Below, piece after piece: positions 51,222 to 60,433 of a DNA stretch of 64,000 nucleotides (positions are counted from its first letter, which is position 1; each line of letters begins with the position of its first letter). The DNA lies in NCBI GenBank assembly GCA_963714015.1, contig OY970223.1, positions 2,976,001 through 3,040,000 on the forward strand, in the 5' to 3' direction. Source of the DNA: Vulcanimicrobiota bacterium. GTDB lineage: Bacteria; Vulcanimicrobiota; Vulcanimicrobiia; Vulcanimicrobiales; Vulcanimicrobiaceae. The notes under the pieces were generated by a model, which did no database searches, was not told the origin of the DNA, and saw nothing but the letters and a program-made list of their open reading frames with translations. The position numbers and the translations under genes were made by a program.

Positions 51222-52224
51222 CTAATACGGAACGTAAGTTATGGGTCAAAAGTGCGTTTTTCAGTTCGCGAGCGATTCGCCTGCCCGTGGACATGGACTC
51301 GGAATAGTTCAGGTACGAGTACGGCGAACCGTCGATGAACAGGTTTGTACCCGCAACGATGCGCGCTGAAATCTCCATCACGTAAAATTGCATGTCCGGC
51401 GTAATGATCGTCTCGATGCAGAAGGCACCGAAAAGACCCTTCGGACCGCAGATCTCTTTACTGACGCGGATGACGTCTTCGCCCATCCGGTAAGCTTCGG
51501 CCAGCATCGATTCGCGCAGCGAAACGGGCGAGTTGCCGACGACGACGTACGATGGGCTCACGTCCATGCCTTCCTGCGCGGCGGCCGGAATGCGTCCGAG
51601 CGAATCGACGTTCGTCTCGTACCGCCGGTCCATGCTCATGATCTCCAAGCGGTTCTCGATCGGCGAGTAAAAATAGTGAATGTAGAGCGGAACGCCGATG
51701 ATGTATTCCTGAATGATGAAGGCTTCTTTCAAGTGCGCGGCGCGCGTCTCGAAATCGTGGGCGTCGCGAATGAAGAGATAGCCTTTTCCGCCTTGCGCTC
51801 CGTACAGTTTGACGATTACGGGACGGTCGATTTCCGAGCCGGCCCTGAATTGCCGCGGCAGCGTCAAACCCGCGCGTGAAAGCCACTCGCGCTGCAGTTC
51901 GCGGCTCGCTTCCCAATCCAAAACCGCCTTGTTGCCGAAGTACGGAATCGTCATCCGTTTGTGTTCTTCGAGCGAAAGGTAGGCGACGAAAGAACCGTGC
52001 GGCACGATGATCAGTTTGCGCTTCTCGAGTTCGTCGATGAGGTTCGGAAAGTCCTGATACCGGTCGATCCCGATCACTTCGTCGACGAAACGGAAGGACT
52101 GATACAAGCGCTCCGTCTCGCGGTTCGCAATCGCCAGCGTCCGAAAGCCCTCGTCATGCGCGCCCTTGAGGATCTGGAGCGCCGAATGCGAGCCAAGCGT
52201 TGCGATGGTATACGGCCGGTTCAT
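51202..52224 (-). CDS. purP: Formate-dependent FAICAR synthase (archaeal-type PurP)
   Basis: IATLGSHSALQILKGAHDEGFRT, PHGSFVAY, PYFGNK.VL.WE, GGKGY, HYFYSP, MDRRYETNVD, YVVVGN.P..LRES, FCIE, EISARIVAGTN and MSTGRRIARE. Confidence 0.9.
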   Translation of the reverse strand: MNRPYTIATLGSHSALQILKGAHDEGFRTLAIANRETERLYQSFRFVDEVIGIDRYQDFPNLIDELEKRKLIIVPHGSFVAYLSLEEHKRMTIPYFGNKAVLDWEASRELQREWLSRAGLTLPRQFRAGSEIDRPVIVKLYGAQGGKGYLFIRDAHDFETRAAHLKEAFIIQEYIIGVPLYIHYFYSPIENRLEIMSMDRRYETNVDSLGRIPAAAQEGMDVSPSYVVVGNSPVSLRESMLAEAYRMGEDVIRVSKEICGPKGLFGAFCIETIITPDMQFYVMEISARIVAGTNLFIDGSPYSYLNYSESMSTGRRIARELKNALLTHNLRSVLDDSSKL

Positions 52225-52339
52225 TGGAACAGGCGCTCCAGCCGAGCTTCCGCGCCCCCCATTTCATGGGGCCCGCACGGACCTCTAAAGCGGTATCGAA
52301 TCGCTCTGTTACGACAGGACGATTCTTTGGTTATAAAGG

Positions 52340-52772
52340 TCATTCGAAGATAGCCCTTTCGATGGCGGGATTGCAAAGCAAACGTTCGGCGGCCGCTTCG
52401 AGAGTCGCGCGCGGCGCAGGCTCCCTGCCGTGCGCGAAGAGCCGCCAGCCGACGCAGCGCCGTCCTCGGGGCGCTGATTGCACGCGCAGCGGAACGTCGG
52501 CGGCATCCAGTTCTCGAATCCAGACCTCGCCTTCGCGCGGATGCTCGTTCGCGAGGAGCTCCAATTCATGCTTGTTCGGATTGAACAGCGTCTCATTGCG
52601 CTCGACGCGCGCTACGAAGTCGCCGGGCAAGCCTTCGTCATGCAGTCTGCCAAATCTCGGCGCGCTCCAAGCGTCCCACGTCGACGCCCAGACGGCGCAG
52701 TGCCGTCAGTGCCGTGTACGCCTCGTTGTCGGGAATCTTGAGGCGAATTGCTACGGTGCGCAGCGCACTCAT
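52340..52772 (-). CDS. Double-length PurS-like subunit; +1 frameshift at ~52645
   Basis: ATGA-coupled to purQ. First half has IRLKIPD.EA...LRRLG and LFNPNKH; second half ends AERLLCNPAIE, like the PurS LLANPVIE motif. Confidence 0.65.
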
Positions 52773-53536
52773 GCTTCGAGCGCCTTTGCGAACGCGGCAA
52801 AGAGCTCGGCGCCGCCCGACGGTGCCAAAATGCCGTCGCCGGTGCGTCGATCGGGGTGGTTGTAATTCCAAGCGTCGCGTTCCGGATGCGGCATGACGGC
52901 GAGCACGTTGCCTTCGCGATTCGTTAAACCGGCGCAGCCCAGCAGCGATGCATTCGGCGTCGCCGACGCGTCCACGGTTCCGTCTTCGTGCGCGTACACG
53001 AATGCCAGATGACCGCCGTCCACGATCTCCCGCAAATGCTCGGGCGTTGCGGCGAGCCGTCCTTCACCGTGCGCTGCCCATGCCGGAATGAGCGCGTCAT
53101 CCCGCAGCGACGCGGTAATCGCGCATCGCGGCGGATCGATTGCGAGTTTCAAATACACGTGTCTGCAAACGAAATGCGGCGCCGGGCCGTTTTTGGTAAA
53201 TGCGGCCGTCGGCTTGCGCACGGGTCCGGTTCCGGGCACGAGTCCGGCTTCGAGCAGGATCTGCGCGCCGTTGCAGACGCCGAGCACCAGTTTTCCGTGC
53301 TGCGCACCTTCGATGACGTAATCCATTACCGGGTCGTGCGCCGGGATAGCGCCGGCGCGAATGCGATCCTCATAGGCGAATCCGCCCGGCAAGACGTATG
53401 CGTCGTAATCGCGCAGCGCCGCTGCGGATCTCCAATGCACGACGTGCGCGTCCAGGCCGACGTCGAGGCAGATACGCCACGTCTCGATCTCGCTATTCGT
53501 CCCGGGGAAGACGACGATCGCCACTTTTGCCGTCAC
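52769..53536 (-). CDS. purQ: FGAM synthase subunit PurQ
   Basis: VVFPGTNSE, LPGGFAYED..RAG, GVCNGAQIL, AHGEG and MPHPER. Confidence 0.95.
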   Translation of the reverse strand: MTAKVAIVVFPGTNSEIETWRICLDVGLDAHVVHWRSAAALRDYDAYVLPGGFAYEDRIRAGAIPAHDPVMDYVIEGAQHGKLVLGVCNGAQILLEAGLVPGTGPVRKPTAAFTKNGPAPHFVCRHVYLKLAIDPPRCAITASLRDDALIPAWAAHGEGRLAATPEHLREIVDGGHLAFVYAHEDGTVDASATPNASLLGCAGLTNREGNVLAVMPHPERDAWNYNHPDRRTGDGILAPSGGAELFAAFAKALEA

Positions 53537-55839
53537 GGATAGACCTCAGCGAGCGGTGCACTCCACGCACTGTACAGTTCACGAAGATCAAAGCGCGCAC
53601 TGCCGAGTGAAAATTCGCTGCCGGAGATAGTCTCGCCGATGCAGATGAAGTCCACCGCATCGGAGGCAATTGCTTCCAGTGCAGCGCCGTCGCTCGTTTC
53701 AACGACGAAGCCGCAAGATTCGCCGAAGTACGACTCCAATTCGCCCAGTAAGCCGCCGCTCCACGTCTGCGCGTCGCTAAGCCTTACGCCGATTGGGTCG
53801 CGCTCCAAGTTTGCGAACGCCATCCGTGCAAGCGCCGTTGCAATGCCGCCGTTTGCGACAGCCCTCGCCGAGAGGATGAGTCCGGCGTCGTTCGCTGCGT
53901 GAAAAAGGGCAATACCGGCGTTAGCCCGATCGAGATCCACCGGAGCGACCGGTCCACCGGTCTGTTCTAAAAGTTCGGCAAAAACAGCGCCGCCGGCGGC
54001 GTTACACGGCAACCCGATCGCATAAAGCGCCGATCCGGCGCGCTTAAGGCCCGGCGTAACCACGCTCGAGACGTCCTCAAAACCGCCGACGCACGCAACG
54101 ATCGGTGAGGCCGCAATTGCGCCGCCGGATCGGGACTCGTTGTAAAGGCTTACGTTGCCGGAAACGTACGGCGTGCCCAGCTCGCGCGCAGCGGCGGCCA
54201 AACCATCGATGCTGTGCACGAGCTCCGAATAGTGATCGACGTTCTGCGGGTTGCCGAAGTTCAAGCAATCCGTCAATCCCAACGCTCGTGCACCGACGGA
54301 CGTCACCTTGCGCACCGCCTCGAGCACCGCATGCTGTGCGCCGAGAAACGGATCGAGCGCACAGTAACGCGGGTTGCCGGCGATGCTCAACGCCACTCCC
54401 AGCGGCGATCCGTACACGGGCGCAATCACTCCGGCGCTCGCGTACCCGCGTGGAATAACGGTAGCGCCGCGTACCACGCCGTCATAACGAACGTAAAGCG
54501 GCTCGCGCGAACACACGTCACGATGTGCCAGCACTCGCGTAAACAGGTTCGCCAAATCGTAGCTGCCGCCGACGTAACGGCGCGCGGGATCGGTCACTTT
54601 GCGTTCGCTCATTGCGCGCACGGGCAAATCATCTTTGATCGAACCGGTCAGAAAATCGATCGCCACGTCCATCACGCGTTCGTCCCCATAACGCAGCACG
54701 TATCGCTTCTCGCCTTGGACGCAGCCAATGACCGTTGCGCACGCGCCGCGTGCCACCATCGGCAGCGAATACTCTTCGTTATAGATCTGAAGGACGTGCG
54801 GTGTGACGTCGCCCGGCAAAATCCAGCACAGACGCTCTTGCGTCTCGCCGATCGCAATCACCTCGGGCGGCATGTTTGTCGCCGCGGTATTGACGTCGTC
54901 CAGATCGACGATCGCTCCGAATCCGCCGCTCGCGCAGAGCTCCGCAGTGCAGCCCATGATGCCGCCGGCGCCCAAGTCTTTGAAACCGGCGGTAATCGAA
55001 TGTTCGCGCAAATATTGGAAGACGCGATAGGTCGCGCGCATGATCACGTTCTTCAAAAACGGATCCGGAACTTGCACGGCGCCCTTGTTGGCATCGGCGT
55101 CTTCTTCGTCCAGCGTGACCGACGAAAACGCGGCGCCGCCGAATCCGCTCGTATCCGTTGCTTTTCCGACCAGAACGATGTCCCACCCTTCGGAACCGGG
55201 CGGCGCGGCCGAATGAACGATGTCGCGCTCTTTAACCAGACCGAGGGCAACGACGTTGACCAAGCAATTGTCGTCGAAGCGCTCGTCGAAATACGCATCG
55301 CCGGCGACGTTGGGAACGCCGATTGCGTTTCCGTACGCCGCGATGCCGTCTACGACGCCCTGCGCGACGTAACGCTGGTGTGAGTCGGGGTTCTCCACGC
55401 GTCCGAAGCGCAGCGGGTCGGCAAGCGCTATGACTTCGGCGCCCATGCAAAGCACATCGCGCACGATCCCGCCGACGCCCGTCGCCGCGCCCTCGAACGG
55501 CACGACTTGGGAGGGATGGTTGTGCGACTCATGCGCGATCACGACGCCCCATTTCTCGCCGTTCCACTCGCCTAAATGCAAAATCCCGGCGTCTTCGGCG
55601 GGTCCTTGCATCACAGTCGGCCCCGTAGTCGGCAATTTGCGCAACAGGTGCCGGCTGCTCTTGTACGAGCAATGCTCGCTCCACTGCGCGTCGAATGCGT
55701 GGACTTCTACGATCGTCGGATCGCGCCCGAGATGCCGCGCGATGCGCCGCAGTTCGTCTGCACGAAGCGCAAGACCGGTTTGGGCGGCGCCGCGCCGCAG
55801 TTCTTCGTCGTTTAATCCTTCGACGCGAAAACTACGCAA
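53533..55839 (-). CDS. purL: FGAM synthase subunit PurL (small form)
   Basis: WSEHCSYKSS, ESHNHPS, GAATGVGGIVRD, AVQVPDPF, DLGAGG, ETQER, TDCLNFGNP and SGNVSLYNE. Confidence 0.96.
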   Translation of the reverse strand: MRSFRVEGLNDEELRRGAAQTGLALRADELRRIARHLGRDPTIVEVHAFDAQWSEHCSYKSSRHLLRKLPTTGPTVMQGPAEDAGILHLGEWNGEKWGVVIAHESHNHPSQVVPFEGAATGVGGIVRDVLCMGAEVIALADPLRFGRVENPDSHQRYVAQGVVDGIAAYGNAIGVPNVAGDAYFDERFDDNCLVNVVALGLVKERDIVHSAAPPGSEGWDIVLVGKATDTSGFGGAAFSSVTLDEEDADANKGAVQVPDPFLKNVIMRATYRVFQYLREHSITAGFKDLGAGGIMGCTAELCASGGFGAIVDLDDVNTAATNMPPEVIAIGETQERLCWILPGDVTPHVLQIYNEEYSLPMVARGACATVIGCVQGEKRYVLRYGDERVMDVAIDFLTGSIKDDLPVRAMSERKVTDPARRYVGGSYDLANLFTRVLAHRDVCSREPLYVRYDGVVRGATVIPRGYASAGVIAPVYGSPLGVALSIAGNPRYCALDPFLGAQHAVLEAVRKVTSVGARALGLTDCLNFGNPQNVDHYSELVHSIDGLAAAARELGTPYVSGNVSLYNESRSGGAIAASPIVACVGGFEDVSSVVTPGLKRAGSALYAIGLPCNAAGGAVFAELLEQTGGPVAPVDLDRANAGIALFHAANDAGLILSARAVANGGIATALARMAFANLERDPIGVRLSDAQTWSGGLLGELESYFGESCGFVVETSDGAALEAIASDAVDFICIGETISGSEFSLGSARFDLRELYSAWSAPLAEVYP

Positions 55840-57031
55840 GGTTCGGCGTAGGCGGCATCGGCTGCGCGTTCAACTGCGCGTCGGCCTGCAGCACGGCGGA
55901 ACGCGCGTTCGTTTGAATCAGCAGCGTCCGGCCGAAGAGCACCGTGTCCTCCAGTCCGAGCACCTTCGCACACTGCAGCGCGAGTGCGCCCGGTTCTATG
56001 GAACCGTCTATCACGGGGTTGCTCGTTCCGTTTTCGAGCATTGCGCGAAGCGCGCCGTCCGTGGTCGAGAATGCGACGTACAGCAATCGCGCGAACGTCG
56101 CATCGTGCTGCTGCAGCAGTTGCAGCACATACCCCGGAGTTTTTGCGGCGCTCGCGACGTGTCGCACCACCGGAAGGCCGAGCTGCCCAAGTGCTTGCGC
56201 CGCGGCGTTCACCTGCGGCGCGCTTTCCAGCGACTCCGCCATCAAAGCGATCATTCCGGGCCGCATCACCGGAAATGCGCCGACCATGTCCGCGACTTGT
56301 TCGTAAGCGGTCTTGACTTGGCCCAGGGCTTCATCATTGACCGTTTCGAGATTCCGGTACATCTGCTTGTCGAGCATCAGATCTTCGCGCCCTTGGGGCC
56401 AAATGCGCCATGAGTCGTTGTCGATGACGTCCGCAACGACCAGCTGCCCTTTGTTTTCGCCGCCTGCGAGGCGCCCGAATTCGATCTTCAAATCGACCAG
56501 CAACACGTCGCGTTTTCTCCACGCGTGCGCCAGGACCTCAAATGCCAAGCGCGCGATCTCGGTCATCGCCGAAATCTCGGCCGGATTAGCGATATTGCGA
56601 GCCAAAATTTGATCCGGCGTGATGAGCGGATCGTGATTCGCGTCGTCTTTGAAGAAAAACTCGACCATGCGCGGAACGAGGAGCGACCCTTGCTGGAGTC
56701 CGGGATTTCTGCGGACCAGCGAACCGGCGGCCACGCCGCGGACTACCACTTCCAGCGCAATCATGTTGCAGCGGCGCACGAGCATCTCGTTGTCGTCGTC
56801 GTCTTCGCCGCCGTTCAAATAGTGCGTCGGCAAACCGCACAGATTCAACAAGCGAAAAACGCGTGCAGTCGTCTGCGCGGCCAAGCGGCCTTTGCCGGCG
56901 ATCACGTTTTGCCGCGCGCCGTCGCCGGCGGAGATTGAATCGGTCTGCGTAACCACCAGCATGTCGGGCTGGCCGGCTGCTTCGAACAGCACCTTGGTCT
57001 TGCCCCGCGCAATCTCTATGCCCTTATTCAT
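55832..57031 (-). CDS. purC: SAICAR synthetase with C-terminal degenerate PurE/AIR-carboxylase-like domain (PAICS architecture)
   Basis: GKTK, AGDG, EFFFKDDANHDP, LVDLKIEFG and ADVIDNDSWRIWP...DKQ.YR, plus about 140 aa resembling PurE (VASAAKTP, PVI). Confidence 0.88.
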   Translation of the reverse strand: MNKGIEIARGKTKVLFEAAGQPDMLVVTQTDSISAGDGARQNVIAGKGRLAAQTTARVFRLLNLCGLPTHYLNGGEDDDDNEMLVRRCNMIALEVVVRGVAAGSLVRRNPGLQQGSLLVPRMVEFFFKDDANHDPLITPDQILARNIANPAEISAMTEIARLAFEVLAHAWRKRDVLLVDLKIEFGRLAGGENKGQLVVADVIDNDSWRIWPQGREDLMLDKQMYRNLETVNDEALGQVKTAYEQVADMVGAFPVMRPGMIALMAESLESAPQVNAAAQALGQLGLPVVRHVASAAKTPGYVLQLLQQHDATFARLLYVAFSTTDGALRAMLENGTSNPVIDGSIEPGALALQCAKVLGLEDTVLFGRTLLIQTNARSAVLQADAQLNAQPMPPTPNLA

Positions 57032-57073
57032 TTGGGTGGGGCCCCGAAGCGCTATGGCGCCGCCAAAATGCGT

Positions 57074-58491
57074 TCATACAGTCACTACCTTTTGCTGTGG
57101 GAACTCCGCTAAATTGTCGATTTGCGCAGCGAGCTGGCGCGCGCGTTCGGAAGCGGTGCCGATGTGCTTGCTGGGATCGAGCATCCGCCGAATCTCGGCG
57201 GGATCCATGCGGCTGGTGAGTTCGTGTTCTTCCGAGAGCAGATGGCCGAGCGGGTTTACTTTACCTTGCGCGATCGCGCTCCACGACTGCATTGCGGCGG
57301 AGCGCAAGACCTCGTGGAGTTCCTGACGGTTGCCGCCCATACGAACGGCCTCCATCAGCACGGATTCGGTTCCGGCGAACGGGCCGTACGTCCGAAGATT
57401 CTCGGCGATGCGCTGAGTATCGACGCGCAAACCAGCCACGACACGCTTGGCAAGCTGAACGATTTCATCCGTGCAAAGCAACGCTTCGGGCAGAATCGTG
57501 CGGCGGTTCGCGCTGTCGTCGAGCGTTCGCTCCAAGTAATTCGTCGAAGCGTTCTGCCAGGCAACCTCGGCATAGGCCGGAAGCAGTCGCGCCAGCGAGC
57601 CGATTCGCTCGCAGACAATGGGATTGCGTTTGAACGGCATGGCCGAGCTTCCGACCTGCGATTTTCCGAACGGTTCGAAGACTTCTCCGAAAGCGGGGGA
57701 GCTCAGGATTCGGATGTCGGCCGCAAATTTTGAGAGCGAGGCTCCAAGGCCGGCGAGAGCCGTCAGGAGCAGATAATCCAGCTTGCGCGGATATGTCTGC
57801 GTACTAATCTCACGCGCTTCCAGACCGAAATGGTCCAAAACCGCTTGCTCCATCTCTGCCGAGTTGCCGGTGCCCTTGAGCAGCTGTTCGTACGATGCCG
57901 ACGTTCCGACCGCGCCGCGAAGCCCTTTGGCGGTCAAGTTTCCGAAGACGTACCGCAGCGTCGCTTCATCTATAAGCAGATCTTGCGCATACACGGCAAA
58001 ACGGTAGCCAAGCGTCGTGGGCTCGGCGGGCTGCAGATGCGTGAACGCCATGCAAACCAGGTCCGCATACTCGCGAATCTTGCTCGCAAAGGCCCTCAGC
58101 AGCTCTCTTGAACGGCAGTCCCCACCGCCGAAAGCGCCACCCGAAGCCGATACGTCTCGACGGTGTCCTCGATGTCCATCGACGTCGAACCAAGGTGAAG
58201 CTTGCCTCCGCCCAATCGTGCTTGAGAGGCGAAGACGCGGATCTCGGCCATCAGATCGTGATGGATCTCGCGCTCGATCTGCAGCGCCGCCTCGATGTCG
58301 ACATCCCTCGCATGAGCTCGAAGGTCGTTCAGTTCGTCGAAATCGATCAGCCCGTAGCGGCTCTGCACCTCGGCGAGCGCCACCCATACCTGACGCCAGA
58401 GACGGCGACGTTCCATTTCGGAAAAGAGCGTGCGCAATTCGACGCGGCCGTATCTCCATGAGAACGGAGAAGCGTAGGTTTCATAATCCAT
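57074..58491 (-). CDS. purB: Adenylosuccinate lyase; frameshift at ~58110
   Basis: Y.SPFSWRY, HHDLMA, LHLGSTS.D, then in a shifted frame FTHLQPAEPTTLG, GAVGT.AS, GSSAMPFKRNP and ERTLDDSA.RR. Confidence 0.92.
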
Positions 58492-58582
58492 GGGATAAGG
58501 GGGCCCTTTCGCGCTCAGGGACGACCGCCCTCGTCACCAGCCCCGGCGACATTTGGCTGCTTCCCGGGGTAGCATGGTGGCG

Positions 58583-60413
58583 ATGCCGTGGGGAGAGGAC
58601 CTTCGCGACCGAATCATCGCCGCCGATGCAGGCCTGACGCGGCTGTTCATGGCCGCCCGCGCCACGGCGTCCGTTGGAACGGCGCTGGCAATCCTCATGG
58701 CAATCTCTCGTCCCCTGCATCTACCGCTGAGCGTGGCCTTGGTGGGGGCGGCGCTGTGCATCACGTGGTCGGTTTCCGTCGGCGATCCCAACCCCCGCAA
58801 CCAGCGCATCACGACACTGCTGATGTGGGTGCCGGCTTGCGCGTGCATTGCGATCGGCACGCTCACTACTTGGAACCGGGTTTTGTGCGACACGCTCTTT
58901 CTTGCGGTTCTATTCGCTGCAGTTTACACGCGTCGCTACGGACCACGGGCGACCGCCGTGGGCATGATCGCGGTGCTCGGATTTTTCTTTTCGCTGTACC
59001 TTCGGTCGCCGGCGTGGACGTTGCCATGGCTCTTAATGGCGGTAACGATCGCCGGAATCACCACGTATTTTTATCGCTTTGTCCTCTTTGCGGACCATCC
59101 CGAAGCTGCGCTGCGCAACGCGCTGGAGGCGTTCCAAGCTCGGCAGCGGCTGATCGGCCGCGCGATCCGGCAAGCGTGTCGAAACGGATCGTGGACTGCG
59201 GCGCTCACGAAGCAGCTCGACCACCACCTTTACCGTTTGAACGAAGCCGCGATCGTGATCGACGATTTGCTCGTTGCCGGCGGTCAGGACGATTTGCGGG
59301 CGCAGGTGTTGGACGTGGAGTTGGAAACGGGCGCCATCGCCGAACGCGCCTTGGACGATCCCAAGAACGCCGGTGTGCTTCCAAGTCTCGAAATCCAGCC
59401 GGAGGCGGTACGCCGGGTTCAATGGACGCCGCGCGGTCTGTACCGGATCGGCACGCAGATCGAAACGCGCGGTCTCTCTCCCTCCATGCGCCAGGCGATT
59501 CAGATCACTGCGGCGGCAGCGGCGGCAATGGCGGCAGGCGAAATGCTCTCTCCGCAGCGGTGGTATTGGGCGGTGCTGACTGCTTTTCTGGTGTTCAACG
59601 GCACCGCGTCGATGGGCGAGACGCTGGTCAAAGGGTGGTCGCGCGTTGCCGGGACGGCCCTTGGCGCGGCTGCGGGGGCCGCTATCGGCACGCTGGTTCG
59701 CGGTCACGACGTCGCCGCATTCATTCTGATGTTCTTGTTTTTGTTCTTGGGCGTCTACGAAATCCGGGTTTCGTATGCAGTCTTTACGTTTTTTCTGACA
59801 GCCGTGCTTATCAATGTTGTACGTCCTCGTCGGCCTCTTCAGCGATCAACTACTCGTACTGCGCCTCATCGAAACTGCCGTCGGCGCGATTTGCGGCGGA
59901 CTGGCCGCGACTGTTTTGTTACCGATCCGCACGAGCGCCGTTTTGGGAAACGTTTCCGTTCAGGCGCTCGAACGTCTGAACGTTGCAATAGACGCGGCGA
60001 TCCGCCGCCTAGGCGGCGACATCCACGCCGATCCGCTGACGTCGGCGCGCGCCTTCGACGAGACTATGCAAAGCGTGCGCGCGCAGATCGAGCCGCTCAT
60101 CAACACGTTGCGCTGGGTCGGGCGCGGCCGCATGCAGACGCGTTTGCTGATGTACGCGCTGCTCGCCCGTTACGTTCGCGGACTCAGCATTCTGGCGTAC
60201 CAAGCGCCTGAGGACTGCGACATGCCGCGCATTCGCAGTGACGCTGCCAAAGTAATCACGCATATCCGCCAACTGATTCAATACATGCGCTCCGGCAGCG
60301 GAAAGATCGGCGCACCTATCGAGAAACCTGCCGGCGACGAACGCGCGGTAACGTATTTGTACCGCATCGACCGTTCCGTCCACCGCATCTCCGCAACGAT
60401 TATTTCGCCATAA
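58583..60413 (+). CDS. FUSC-family (aromatic acid exporter-like) membrane protein; frameshift at ~59815
   Basis: DAGLTRL..A.R, RRYGPR, RQAIQ, RWYWAVLTAF, R..GT.LG and RLIETAVG; start taken as the ATG 7 nt after TAGCAT. Confidence 0.82.
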
Positions 60414-60423
60414 ATCGCGCGGG
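60376..60423 (+). repeat. Direct repeat copy 1 (FUSC 3' end)
   Basis: 44/48 identical to 62496..62543. Confidence 0.85.
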
Positions 60424-60433
60424 CTCGGGTCGG

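Noticed and set aside
52225..52339. Canonical ZMP/ZTP riboswitch before purP
   Set aside because: It lacks the conserved GACUGRCG and GCC..CGYCUGGGC elements; kept only as a low-confidence structured leader.
57074..58491. Programmed frameshifting or true pseudogenisation of purB, pepA and argH
   Set aside because: No slippery heptamers at the shift sites, the flanking sequence is undegraded, and similar lesions are scattered across unrelated genes.
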